From positions 31,043-95,042 of the forward strand of contig CAYLHK010000002.1 in assembly GCA_964383295.1 (NCBI GenBank): DNA of 64,000 nucleotides, read 5' to 3'. The notes below the pieces were generated by a model. That model ran no database searches, was not told the DNA's origin, and saw only the letters and a program-made list of their open reading frames with translations. Of this stretch, positions 33,534 through 42,257 are shown piece after piece. Position 1 is the stretch's first letter. Each line of letters starts with the position of its first letter. This DNA is from an uncultured Rhodovulum sp. GTDB taxonomy: Bacteria > Pseudomonadota > Alphaproteobacteria > Rhodobacterales > Rhodobacteraceae. The position numbers were made by a program, and so were the translations under genes.

Positions 33534-35425
33534 GGGCCGTGCGGCACGAGACGGCGGCCGTGGATGCCCCGCCCGCGCTCGACGCGGACCTCTCCGCATT
33601 GCGCGCCGCCCTCGATGCGCAGATCCGCGGCGGCGCAGCCGGCCGGCCGGAGGAGGACGGCAGCTCGATCGATCTGCTGGCCGGGCTGTTCGGCCTCAGC
33701 CCCGCGGCACGCGAGGTGCTGCTGCTGGCGGCGGGTGCAGAGCTCGATACGTCTGTCGCCGCGCAGGTGGCGAAGCTGCGGGGCATGGCCGGCGAGGCGC
33801 GCGCGGACGTGGCGACGGCGCTCGCGCACGTGCCCGACGGCGGCTGGGAGGCGCTCTGTCCTGGAGCGCCGCTGCGGCACTGGCGGCTGGTGGAGCTTCG
33901 CGGACGCGGACCGCTCCTGCGCCAGGAGATCGCGGTCGACGAGCGCGTGCTGAATTTCCTCACCGGCCTCGGCTACATCGATGCCAGGCTCGAGGGAATT
34001 CTGCGCCCGCTCGCGCCCACGCCCGACCCGAGCCCGGCCGAGGCGGCGCTCGCCGCGCGCCTTGCGGGTGCCTGGGACACACCCGGTCGCTGGCCGGTGC
34101 TGGTGGTCTCCGGCAGCGACGCGGCGGCGCTGCGCAGCGTGATGCGAGACGTGGCCCGGCGCTCGGGGCTGAACGCCGTCGGGCTCGATGCGGGCAGCCT
34201 GCCGGCCGAGCCGGCGGCCGCGCAGGCGCTCGCCGTGCTCATCGACCGCGAGCTTGCCCTGTCCGGTGCCGCGCTCGTCATCGAGAGCCCGGACGCGAAT
34301 GCGGCGCGTCTCGCCGACCAGTTGGCAGGCCCGGTGGCGCTGATCGGGCGCGACCTGTCCGCGCCGGGCACCCGTCCGCGCCTGCGCGCCGATCTCGCGC
34401 CCGAAGCCCGCACGGGGCGGCGGCTGATCTGGCAGCAGGCGCTCGGCCCGCGCGCCGAGGCGCTCGGCACCGGCCTCGATCGGCTGGCCGAGCAGTTCGC
34501 CCTCGACCGCGGCGGGATCGAGGCGGCAGCAACTGCGGCGCTGGCCGTCCCGCCGGCGCCCGAACGCCTTTTCGGCGCGCTCTGGGAGGCGACGCGCGAG
34601 CAGGCGCGGCGCGGCCTCGACGGGCTGGCGGATCGCATCGTCAGCACCGCCGGCTGGGACGACCTGGTGCTGCCGCCCGACCAGGCCGCGCAGCTGCGCG
34701 AACTGGCCGACCACGTCCACCAGGCCTGGCGGGTACGCGATGCCTGGGGCTGGGAGGCGCGCAGCGCCCGCGGGCTGGGGGCGGCAGCGCTCTTCGCCGG
34801 ACCGTCGGGCACCGGCAAGACGCTCGCCGCCGAGGTGCTGGCGGGCGAGCTTGCCCTCGATCTCTACCGCATCGACCTCAGCCAGGTGGTGAGCAAGTAC
34901 ATCGGCGAGACCGAGAAGAACCTCGAGCGCATCTTCGCCGCCGCCGAAGCCGGCGGCGCCATCCTGCTCTTCGACGAGGCGGATGCGCTCTTTGGCAAGC
35001 GCAGCGAGGTGCGCGACAGCCACGACCGCTATGCCAATGTCGAGGTCAGCTACCTCCTGCAGCGAATGGAGAGCTATCGCGGGCTGGCGATCCTGACCTC
35101 GAACCAGCGCTCGGCCCTGGACCAGGCCTTCCTGCGCCGGCTGCGGGCGGTCGTCACATTCCCGTTCCCCGATTTAGGCGCCCGGGCGGCGATCTGGGCG
35201 CGCGCCTTCCCGGACGCGACGCCCCGCGAGGGACTCGAGCCCGAGCGTCTGGCGCGGCTCAACCTGACCGGCGGCTCGATCCGTTCGGTGGCGCTGAACG
35301 CGACCTTCCTCGCGGCGGCGGGAGACGGGTCCGTCCGCCCGGAACATGTGCTGCGCGCCGCGCGGCGCGAATATGCCAAGCTCGACAAGCCGTTCACGGC
35401 GGCCGAGATGGGAGGATTCTCGTGA
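33530..35425 (+). CDS. eCIS AAA+ ATPase (Afp15/Pvc15-like)
   Basis: GPSGTGKT, SKYIGETEKN, LFDEADALFGKR, DRYANVEVSYLLQRME. Confidence 0.92.
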   Translation: MRAVRHETAAVDAPPALDADLSALRAALDAQIRGGAAGRPEEDGSSIDLLAGLFGLSPAAREVLLLAAGAELDTSVAAQVAKLRGMAGEARADVATALAHVPDGGWEALCPGAPLRHWRLVELRGRGPLLRQEIAVDERVLNFLTGLGYIDARLEGILRPLAPTPDPSPAEAALAARLAGAWDTPGRWPVLVVSGSDAAALRSVMRDVARRSGLNAVGLDAGSLPAEPAAAQALAVLIDRELALSGAALVIESPDANAARLADQLAGPVALIGRDLSAPGTRPRLRADLAPEARTGRRLIWQQALGPRAEALGTGLDRLAEQFALDRGGIEAAATAALAVPPAPERLFGALWEATREQARRGLDGLADRIVSTAGWDDLVLPPDQAAQLRELADHVHQAWRVRDAWGWEARSARGLGAAALFAGPSGTGKTLAAEVLAGELALDLYRIDLSQVVSKYIGETEKNLERIFAAAEAGGAILLFDEADALFGKRSEVRDSHDRYANVEVSYLLQRMESYRGLAILTSNQRSALDQAFLRRLRAVVTFPFPDLGARAAIWARAFPDATPREGLEPERLARLNLTGGSIRSVALNATFLAAAGDGSVRPEHVLRAARREYAKLDKPFTAAEMGGFS

Positions 35426-35664
35426 CCGGCCGCATCACGCTGAACATCGGCCGCGTCACCCTGCCCGCGGGGACGCGGCTCGACGCCGCGGCTCTGCAAG
35501 CCGCGCTCCGCGTTGAGATCGCAAGGCATCTCGCGGCGCCCGGCGGTGCGGAGGCCTTCGGCGCGGGACGCAATGTCGCGCGGCTGGGCGCCGGCACGCT
35601 GCCGGCCAGCGCGCCGCTCGCGACCGCGCTCGCCCGGGCGACGATTGCGGGGGTGGTGCGATGA
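35422..35664 (+). CDS. Small hypothetical eCIS protein
   Basis: 4-nt overlaps with both neighbours; starts RITLNIGRVTL. Confidence 0.65.
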   Translation: MTGRITLNIGRVTLPAGTRLDAAALQAALRVEIARHLAAPGGAEAFGAGRNVARLGAGTLPASAPLATALARATIAGVVR

Positions 35665-37433
35665 CGCTCCGCGCCCATCCCGCGGCCGCCGAGCCCGCCC
35701 CCGCCCTGGTGATGCGCGCCTGCAGCTGCGACAGCGAGCCGGCGGGTGAGAAATGCGATGCCTGCGAGGAGGCCGAGGCCCACGGCGCGCAGGCGAGCCT
35801 GTGGCTGAGCCATCCCCGCGACCCCGCCGAGCGCGAGGCCGACGGCGTGGCGGACGCGGTGATGGCGATGACGACACCGGCCGCACGCCCGATCTCGGTG
35901 CGCGCCCCCACCGTGGCCGGGGGCCGGGCCGTCGCGACCCGCCGCGCGGCGGCCCCGGGCCCGGCGGCCGCGCCGCCGCAGGTCGCCGCCGCCGTAGCCA
36001 GCGGCGGCCGGCCGCTGCCCGCGGGAGAGCGGCACTTCTTCGAGCGCCGCTTCGGACACGACTTCTCGGCGGTGCGCATCCACACAGGTCCCGCCGCCAG
36101 CCGTGCGGCACAGGCGATCGGCGCGCGCGCCTATGCGCTCGGCACCGACATCGCCTTCGACACGGGCCAGTTCGCGCCCGGCTCGCCCGCGGGCCGGCAC
36201 CTGATCGCCCATGAACTGACCCATACCCTGCAACAGGGCAGCGCCCGGACGGTGCGGCGCACCTGCCCCAGCGACCCGGCCGACATTCCCGCCGGGACCG
36301 CGGCGGATTTCGAAACCCGCGCGGATGCCGCGCTCGCGCATGCCTCCTATCGCCGGCTCGACACCGACGGGAAGCAACTCGCCCGCCACATCATCGACGG
36401 CGCGCGCGGAAGCGCCTGCCCCATGTACTACATCGAAAAGCTGCACGTGCTGTTTGCGACGACGCGCAAGGCCGCGTCCGAGCAGGCGACCGAGGCACGC
36501 ACCGCGACGGCGGCCGCGGAGGCTGCGGAGACCACGCGGCTGCAGGACCCGGTGGCGGCCGCCGATGTCGGGATCGAGGAAGCGGCCGCCGCCGACGCCG
36601 GGAGGCGCTGGACCACGCGCACCGGCCGGGACGGGGTCCGGTTCCGGGTGGACCGCGGCGATCCCAACAACATGGTGGTCCAGATGCGGGTCCGCCTGCG
36701 CCCCGCGGGGGTTGGCACGCGCGAGGACGTGGCGCGCACCCGCGCGCTCGAGGATGCGATCGAGAAGGCGGGCTCGACCCGCGGCTACATGCTCGACGTG
36801 GTCTTCACCAATGCGGGCGGCGGCGACGTCTTCACCGTGGGCGTGGACCCGAAGGAATGGACGACCTCCGGCAACTGGGTCGGCGATCCGCAGGAGATCG
36901 CCCATGAAGCCCACCACCTGCTCGGCCTCGACGATCGCTACAACTACATCGAAGGCCATGCGGGCAACGCCGGGATGGACATGGGCACGCGGCTCTACTG
37001 GTTCCGCGAGCAGATGGTACGCCCCCTCGATCCGCTGGCCTCGACCTCGCTCATGGAGGACCACACGACGGGACCCATGAACGACGAGGACGTCTGCGCG
37101 GTGGCGGGCGGCGATTTCCGCACCTGCCTGGACCGGCGCCTCGACGGGGTGCCGATCGACGAGCTGGAGGACCGCGGCCGGGCGCTCAACAGCCCCTATC
37201 GCCCGCAGCATGCCGCGCATCTGCGCCTGCTCAGCGATGCCTGGCAGCGCAAGGGGTTCACCGAGATCATGGCCCGCTGCGCCAACCAGAGCGACCCGCT
37301 CTGCGGCCTGCCGCCCTCGGGTGCCTTCGGAGATCCCAACATCACCGCGGGGGATTCGTCGCGGTTCCCATTGGCGAACCCGCACCGGCAGCTCCCGGGC
37401 AGCAGCCTGCGACGACAGAGGCGCCAGCCATGA
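35661..37433 (+). CDS. DUF4157 (eCIS core domain) protein with C-terminal HExxHxxGxxD metallopeptidase-like domain
   Basis: HDFSAVRIH, ARAYALG, LIAHELTHTLQQ; second motif IAHEAHHLLGLDDRY. Confidence 0.82.
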   Translation: MTLRAHPAAAEPAPALVMRACSCDSEPAGEKCDACEEAEAHGAQASLWLSHPRDPAEREADGVADAVMAMTTPAARPISVRAPTVAGGRAVATRRAAAPGPAAAPPQVAAAVASGGRPLPAGERHFFERRFGHDFSAVRIHTGPAASRAAQAIGARAYALGTDIAFDTGQFAPGSPAGRHLIAHELTHTLQQGSARTVRRTCPSDPADIPAGTAADFETRADAALAHASYRRLDTDGKQLARHIIDGARGSACPMYYIEKLHVLFATTRKAASEQATEARTATAAAEAAETTRLQDPVAAADVGIEEAAAADAGRRWTTRTGRDGVRFRVDRGDPNNMVVQMRVRLRPAGVGTREDVARTRALEDAIEKAGSTRGYMLDVVFTNAGGGDVFTVGVDPKEWTTSGNWVGDPQEIAHEAHHLLGLDDRYNYIEGHAGNAGMDMGTRLYWFREQMVRPLDPLASTSLMEDHTTGPMNDEDVCAVAGGDFRTCLDRRLDGVPIDELEDRGRALNSPYRPQHAAHLRLLSDAWQRKGFTEIMARCANQSDPLCGLPPSGAFGDPNITAGDSSRFPLANPHRQLPGSSLRRQRRQP

Positions 37434-38905
37434 CCCATGCCCACGCCGCGCCTGCCCAGGAAAACGCCGGCTCCGTGGTGATGCGCGCCTGCGCCTGCCA
37501 TGCGAAGCCCGAGGGCGAGAAATGCGATGCCTGCGAGGAAGCCGACGCGCTCGGCGTGCAGCCGATGCTCTGGCTCGGCCATGCGGGCGACGTGGCCGAG
37601 CACGAGGCCGATCGCGTCGCCGACCGGGTGATGGCGGCAGAGTGGCCGGTGCGACCCGTGCAGGTCGCAGCTCCCGTTCAGCGCCGCGCGGTGGCGGGCG
37701 CGGGAGGCCAGTCGCTCGGTGCGGGATTCACCTCCGGGCTGGCGGCCGCCGGTCCGGGCCGTCCCCTCGCCGCCAGTGCACGGGCCTTCCTGGAGCCGCG
37801 GTTCGGGCAGGACCTCGGCCGTGTGCGGGTCCATGACGACGGCCATGCCGCCACGCTCGCGCGGTCGATCGGCGCGCGGGCCTTCGCGCATCGCAGCGAC
37901 GTGTTCATGGCCGCCGGCGAGCACGCGCCCGACACCGCGCCCGGCCGCCGACTCCTGGCGCACGAGATCGCACATGTCCTGCAGCAGGGCGGAAGCGGCA
38001 CTGGCACTCCCGTCCGCCGCCTCTGCACGCCCGCCGCCTCATGTGCGGCGCCGATTGCCGGCAGCCCGGAGGAATTCTCCAACGGCGAGGCGGTGATCGA
38101 GTCGGGACCGCGCGCGCGCCGCCGCCGCATGACACCCGCGCGGGCGAGAAGCACCCATCACGCCGGCCGGGCGCGCCAGCTCGAGATCGCGCTCGAGCGC
38201 CACGACATGGCGCGGCGCGGGCTGGTACACGGTGTCTTTCTCGATGCCGACATGTCGCGCGGGACCGGTGCCATGGCCACGAGCTGTGCCGACTGGGCGG
38301 CGGATTCGCTGCCGGCCGGGGATCCCGATCCGGCCGGTTTCGCCGGCGCGGCCAAGCCTTGCGTCTTCGTTCACGGCGATCTGAACCAGCAGGCGCTCGC
38401 CTTCAACCAGGGCGCCGTGACGGTCGGCGGGCGTCCGCGGGACGAATGGCGGGTCGATACGCTCGCCACGCTCGTCCATGAGACCGAACACGTGCGCTTC
38501 GACGACACGCTCCAGCCCGGTCTCGCCCGTCCCGCCGGCGTCTCCACCCCCACCTGCACCAAGGCGGCCGTTCACTTTCCCCTCTCCGAGATCGTGTCGA
38601 TCGCGAGCGAGTTTCCCCTGTTCCATCAGGCGGCCCAGGCCGAGGCAAATCCGGCGGGGCCCGCTCATGTCCGCTTGACCAACCACCTCAACAACTCCGT
38701 CGACAACCCCTTGGAGAGCTTCAAGGGCGCGCTGGAGGCCATGGGCTGCAAATGCGACTGCCCCGAGGTCGCGCTCTTCGTCGTGCAGGCGATCGACGCG
38801 ACCAGCACCAGCTGGAGCGCCGCCGAGAAGACCGCCTTCCGCACCGAGATCCGCGCGCGCATGAGCGCGCCGGGTCCGGTCTGGCCGAATGCGCCGACGC
38901 CATGA
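37430..38905 (+). CDS. DUF4157 protein with a different HExxH-containing C-terminal domain
   Basis: DLGRVRVH, ARAFAH, LLAHEIAHVLQQ; second motif LVHETEH. Confidence 0.82.
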   Translation: MTHAHAAPAQENAGSVVMRACACHAKPEGEKCDACEEADALGVQPMLWLGHAGDVAEHEADRVADRVMAAEWPVRPVQVAAPVQRRAVAGAGGQSLGAGFTSGLAAAGPGRPLAASARAFLEPRFGQDLGRVRVHDDGHAATLARSIGARAFAHRSDVFMAAGEHAPDTAPGRRLLAHEIAHVLQQGGSGTGTPVRRLCTPAASCAAPIAGSPEEFSNGEAVIESGPRARRRRMTPARARSTHHAGRARQLEIALERHDMARRGLVHGVFLDADMSRGTGAMATSCADWAADSLPAGDPDPAGFAGAAKPCVFVHGDLNQQALAFNQGAVTVGGRPRDEWRVDTLATLVHETEHVRFDDTLQPGLARPAGVSTPTCTKAAVHFPLSEIVSIASEFPLFHQAAQAEANPAGPAHVRLTNHLNNSVDNPLESFKGALEAMGCKCDCPEVALFVVQAIDATSTSWSAAEKTAFRTEIRARMSAPGPVWPNAPTP

Positions 38906-39558
38906 GCGGCTTTCCCGCCTCTCCCCGCGTCGCGCGCGCCGGCATCGTGCTCGTGGACCCTGGAAAGGGAGCGATCACGCGCGTGATTGCGCTCCAGTAC
39001 ACGCCCCACACCCTCACCCGGTCGATGGAGAGCCAGGCCATGGCCGAGGAACCCCGCCGCGGCCAGGCGCTGCGGCTGAAGGGGCCGGCGACCGAGACGA
39101 TCACCCTTGAGGCCGTGCTCGACGCCACCGACCGGCTGGAGTTCCCCGACCAGAACGCCGCGGCGGTCGAGGCCGGAATCTTCCCCGACCTCGCGGCGCT
39201 GGAGATGCTGGTACAGCCGAGCTCGGCCCAGGTGTCGCGCCAGGGCGAACAGGCGGCGGCGGGCATTCTCGAGATCGCGCCGATCGAGGCGCCGCTCGCG
39301 CTCTTCGTCTGGAGCGCGCAGCGCATCGTGCCTGTCCGCGTCGCCAGCCTGTCGATCACCGAAGAATCCTTTGATCCCCGGCTGAACCCGATCCGCGCGA
39401 CGGTGAACATGACCCTGAAGGTGCTGACCGTCGACGATCTCGGCCACGCGCACCGCGGCGGCGGCCTCTACATGGCCTATCTGCAGGCGCGCGAGGCGCT
39501 GACGGCGCGGGCGGCGCGGCCGGGGGTCGACGTGCTCGGCATAGGGGGCCTGCCATGA
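38902..39558 (+). CDS. Tube initiator-like protein (Afp7/Pvc7 N-terminal type)
   Basis: LQYTPHTL, LFVWS, SLSITEESFD..LNPIRATV. Confidence 0.7.
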   Translation: MSGFPASPRVARAGIVLVDPGKGAITRVIALQYTPHTLTRSMESQAMAEEPRRGQALRLKGPATETITLEAVLDATDRLEFPDQNAAAVEAGIFPDLAALEMLVQPSSAQVSRQGEQAAAGILEIAPIEAPLALFVWSAQRIVPVRVASLSITEESFDPRLNPIRATVNMTLKVLTVDDLGHAHRGGGLYMAYLQAREALTARAARPGVDVLGIGGLP

Positions 39559-39917
39559 AGAACCCGATCCAGGCGATGTTCGAGGCAGGCGTCGTCGGCG
39601 CGACCGACTTCCCGCCCGAGAGTCGCTACCATGGCCTGCCGGTGCGCACCGTCCCCGGTCCCGGCGGCGAGCCCCTGCCCTATCTGGCGCGCCGCCAGGT
39701 CCCCGATCCCGACGCCTTCGCGACGCTTCGGCTGCACAGGGTCTCCGAGGGTGAGCGGCTCGATCAGATCGCCAGCGCCGAGATCGGTGACCCCGGCGCC
39801 TGGTGGCATCTCTGCGACGCCAACGGCGCGATCTGGCCCGACGATCTCGAACGGCTGGACACCCGGCTGCGACTGACGCTCCCCGCCGGCATCCCCGGCG
39901 CCGAGGACGAGGGCTGA
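39555..39917 (+). CDS. LysM/tail-X-like baseplate protein
   Basis: SRY; HRVSEGERLDQIA..GDPGAWWHLCDAN. Confidence 0.75.
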   Translation: MKNPIQAMFEAGVVGATDFPPESRYHGLPVRTVPGPGGEPLPYLARRQVPDPDAFATLRLHRVSEGERLDQIASAEIGDPGAWWHLCDANGAIWPDDLERLDTRLRLTLPAGIPGAEDEG

Positions 39918-39921
39918 GGCG

Positions 39922-41049
39922 GTGATCAAGGGCATCGACCTGCAGATCCTCTTCGGTCCCGGGGTGCCGGTCCCCGCGCCCCGGGCCGTGGTCGATGCGC
40001 TCGCGGCGGTCAGCATCGAGGAGAACACCGGCGATACGCCGAGCGGCTTCGAGCTGGAATTCGCGGTGGAGAAATCATCGCCGCTCAACACGATCTTCCT
40101 GCTGGCGGGCGGCAGCGCGCTTCCCATCCTGCGGGTGGCGCTGGTGGCCACGATCAACGGCCGCGCCCGTTCGCTGATCAACGGCGTGGTCACGCGCAGC
40201 GAGCTGACCCCCGGCTCGGCGGGGGCACCGGCGGTGCTGAAGGTCACCGGCAAGGACCTGACCGCGGCGATGGAGGTATTCGACTTCTCCGGCATCCCCT
40301 ATCCGGCGATGCCGCCCTTCGCCCGCGTTGCGCTGGTGCTGGCGAAATACGCCTGGCTCGGGGTGATCCCGCAGGTGATCCCGTCGATGGAAAGCCCGCC
40401 GCTGCCCACCGACCGCATCCCGCGCCACCAGGACACCGACCTTGCCTATGTGCTCGGGCTGGCCGAGCAGGCGGGCTACACCTTCCACATGAAGCCGGGC
40501 CCGGCACCGGCGACCAGCTTCGCCTATTGGGGCCCGGAGGTGCGCATCGGCGAGGTGCAGCCGGCGCTGACCATCGACAGCGGAACCGCGACCAATTGCG
40601 AGGAGCTGAGCTTCACCTTCGACAAGGAGGGCACCGAGATCCCGATCGTCTACATCCAGAACGCCGCCACCAAGGCGCCCATTCCGATCCCGATCCCGTC
40701 GGCCATCCCCTTCCACCCGCCGCTCGGCCTGGTGCCGCCGCTGCCGCCGAAGATCGCCCGCCTGCGCGAAACCGCGCGGCTGAACCCGTTCGAGGCGGTC
40801 GTGCGCGGCCTCGCCCATGCCGCGCGCCATTCCGACGCGGTCACCGGGCGCGGGCGGATCGACGTGCTGCGCTATGGCCGGATCCTGCACGCGCGCGGGC
40901 TGATCGGCGTGCGCGGGGCGGGCATGGCCTATGACGGCGTGCACTACCTCGAAACGGTGACGCACGAGATCTCGCGGGGATCCTACAAGCAGAGCTTCAC
41001 CCTGAAGCGCAGCGGACTCCTGCCCACACAGGCAAGGGTGCCCGCATGA
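39922..41049 (+). CDS. Baseplate hub (gp27/phage late control D-like)
   Basis: TDLAYVLGLA, GIGVRGAG-like IGVRGAGMAYDG, YLETVTH; precedes the gp5/gpV-like gene. Confidence 0.7.
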   Translation: MIKGIDLQILFGPGVPVPAPRAVVDALAAVSIEENTGDTPSGFELEFAVEKSSPLNTIFLLAGGSALPILRVALVATINGRARSLINGVVTRSELTPGSAGAPAVLKVTGKDLTAAMEVFDFSGIPYPAMPPFARVALVLAKYAWLGVIPQVIPSMESPPLPTDRIPRHQDTDLAYVLGLAEQAGYTFHMKPGPAPATSFAYWGPEVRIGEVQPALTIDSGTATNCEELSFTFDKEGTEIPIVYIQNAATKAPIPIPIPSAIPFHPPLGLVPPLPPKIARLRETARLNPFEAVVRGLAHAARHSDAVTGRGRIDVLRYGRILHARGLIGVRGAGMAYDGVHYLETVTHEISRGSYKQSFTLKRSGLLPTQARVPA

Positions 41050-41555
41050 CCGAGACCTATTACGGCAAGTACCGCGGCACCGTGGTCAACAACGTCGATC
41101 CGATGATGACCGGCCGCATCCAGGCGATCGTGCCCGACGTCTCCTCGGTCATCCCGTCGAGCTGGGCCATGCCCTGCTTCCCGATGGCCGGCATCCAGAC
41201 GGGCTCCGTCGCCGTCCCCCCCATCGGCGCCGGCGTCTGGATCGAGTTCGAACGCGGCGACCCTGACTATCCGATCTGGACCGGCTGCTACTTCGGCACC
41301 GCGGCCGAGGTGCCGGCGCTCCACATGCTGACGCCCCCCGGCGTCTCGGCGATCACCATGCAGACCATGCTGCAGAACGGGATCACCATCACCGACCTGC
41401 CCGGCCCCACGGGGGGGATCGTCATCAAGACCACCACCGGCGCCTCGCTGATCGTCAACGACACCGGCATCTACATCCAGAACGGCAAGGGGGCGAGCAT
41501 CGTGATGACCGGCCCCGCGGTGACCATCAACAACGGCGCGCTCAGCGTCATCTGA
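41046..41555 (+). CDS. Spike protein (gpV/gp5 OB fold + short beta-helix)
   Basis: YGKYRGTV.NNVDP..GRI, VWIEFERGDPDYPIWTG. Confidence 0.85.
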   Translation: MTETYYGKYRGTVVNNVDPMMTGRIQAIVPDVSSVIPSSWAMPCFPMAGIQTGSVAVPPIGAGVWIEFERGDPDYPIWTGCYFGTAAEVPALHMLTPPGVSAITMQTMLQNGITITDLPGPTGGIVIKTTTGASLIVNDTGIYIQNGKGASIVMTGPAVTINNGALSVI

Positions 41556-41569
41556 GGGAGGCCAGGCCC

Positions 41570-41890
41570 ATGCCCGGACCCATCCTGCACCTCGGCGCCA
41601 CCGTCATCTGCGCCCATGGCGGTCAGGCTCTGCCGACGACCATCGTCCCGCGGGTGCTGGTCTCCGGCCAGCCCGTCGCCACCGTCGCCGGCCCCTGGAC
41701 GATCGCAGGCTGCGGCTTCGTGCCCCCGGCCGGCAACGGGCCCTGCGTCACCGGCACCTTCATCACCTCCGCGACCCGCGTGCTGGCGAACGGGATGCCG
41801 GTGGTGCTGATGGACGGCGTCACCACCTGCGCCCCCACCGGCACGCCGATGATCCCCGCGCAAGCCCAGACCCGCGTGATCGGGAGCTAG
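41570..41890 (+). CDS. PAAR-like/DUF4280-like spike tip
   Basis: 106 aa, CAHGG plus three more Cys, RVLVSGQPV / RVLANGMPV repeats; lies between spike and gp25. Confidence 0.7.
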   Translation: MPGPILHLGATVICAHGGQALPTTIVPRVLVSGQPVATVAGPWTIAGCGFVPPAGNGPCVTGTFITSATRVLANGMPVVLMDGVTTCAPTGTPMIPAQAQTRVIGS

Positions 41891-41894
41891 GCCG

Positions 41895-42257
41895 ATGCAG
41901 CTCGACCACCCCTTCCACATCGACGGCCGCGAACGCACCGCGACCACCTCCGAGGCCGATCATATCCGCGACATGATCGAGCTCATCCTCTTCACCGCCC
42001 CGGGCGAGCGGGTGATGCGCCCCGACTTCGGCGCGGGCGTCCTCCAGCTCGTCTTCGCGCCGCTCAGCCAGGAGCGCGCGGCAGCGGCGCAGTTCGTGAT
42101 CCAGGGCACGCTCCAGCAGCACCTCGGCAACCGCATCGCCGTGCAGGAGATCGCTGTGGAGGCGGTGGATGCCACCATGCGCATCCGCATCGCCTACGAG
42201 ATCCTGCGCACCGGCGAGCGCGTCGTGGACGACTTCACCCGCGAGGTGGCGGCATGA
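41895..42257 (+). CDS. GPW/gp25 family baseplate protein
   Basis: LFTAPGERVMRPDFG. Confidence 0.92.
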   Translation: MQLDHPFHIDGRERTATTSEADHIRDMIELILFTAPGERVMRPDFGAGVLQLVFAPLSQERAAAAQFVIQGTLQQHLGNRIAVQEIAVEAVDATMRIRIAYEILRTGERVVDDFTREVAA

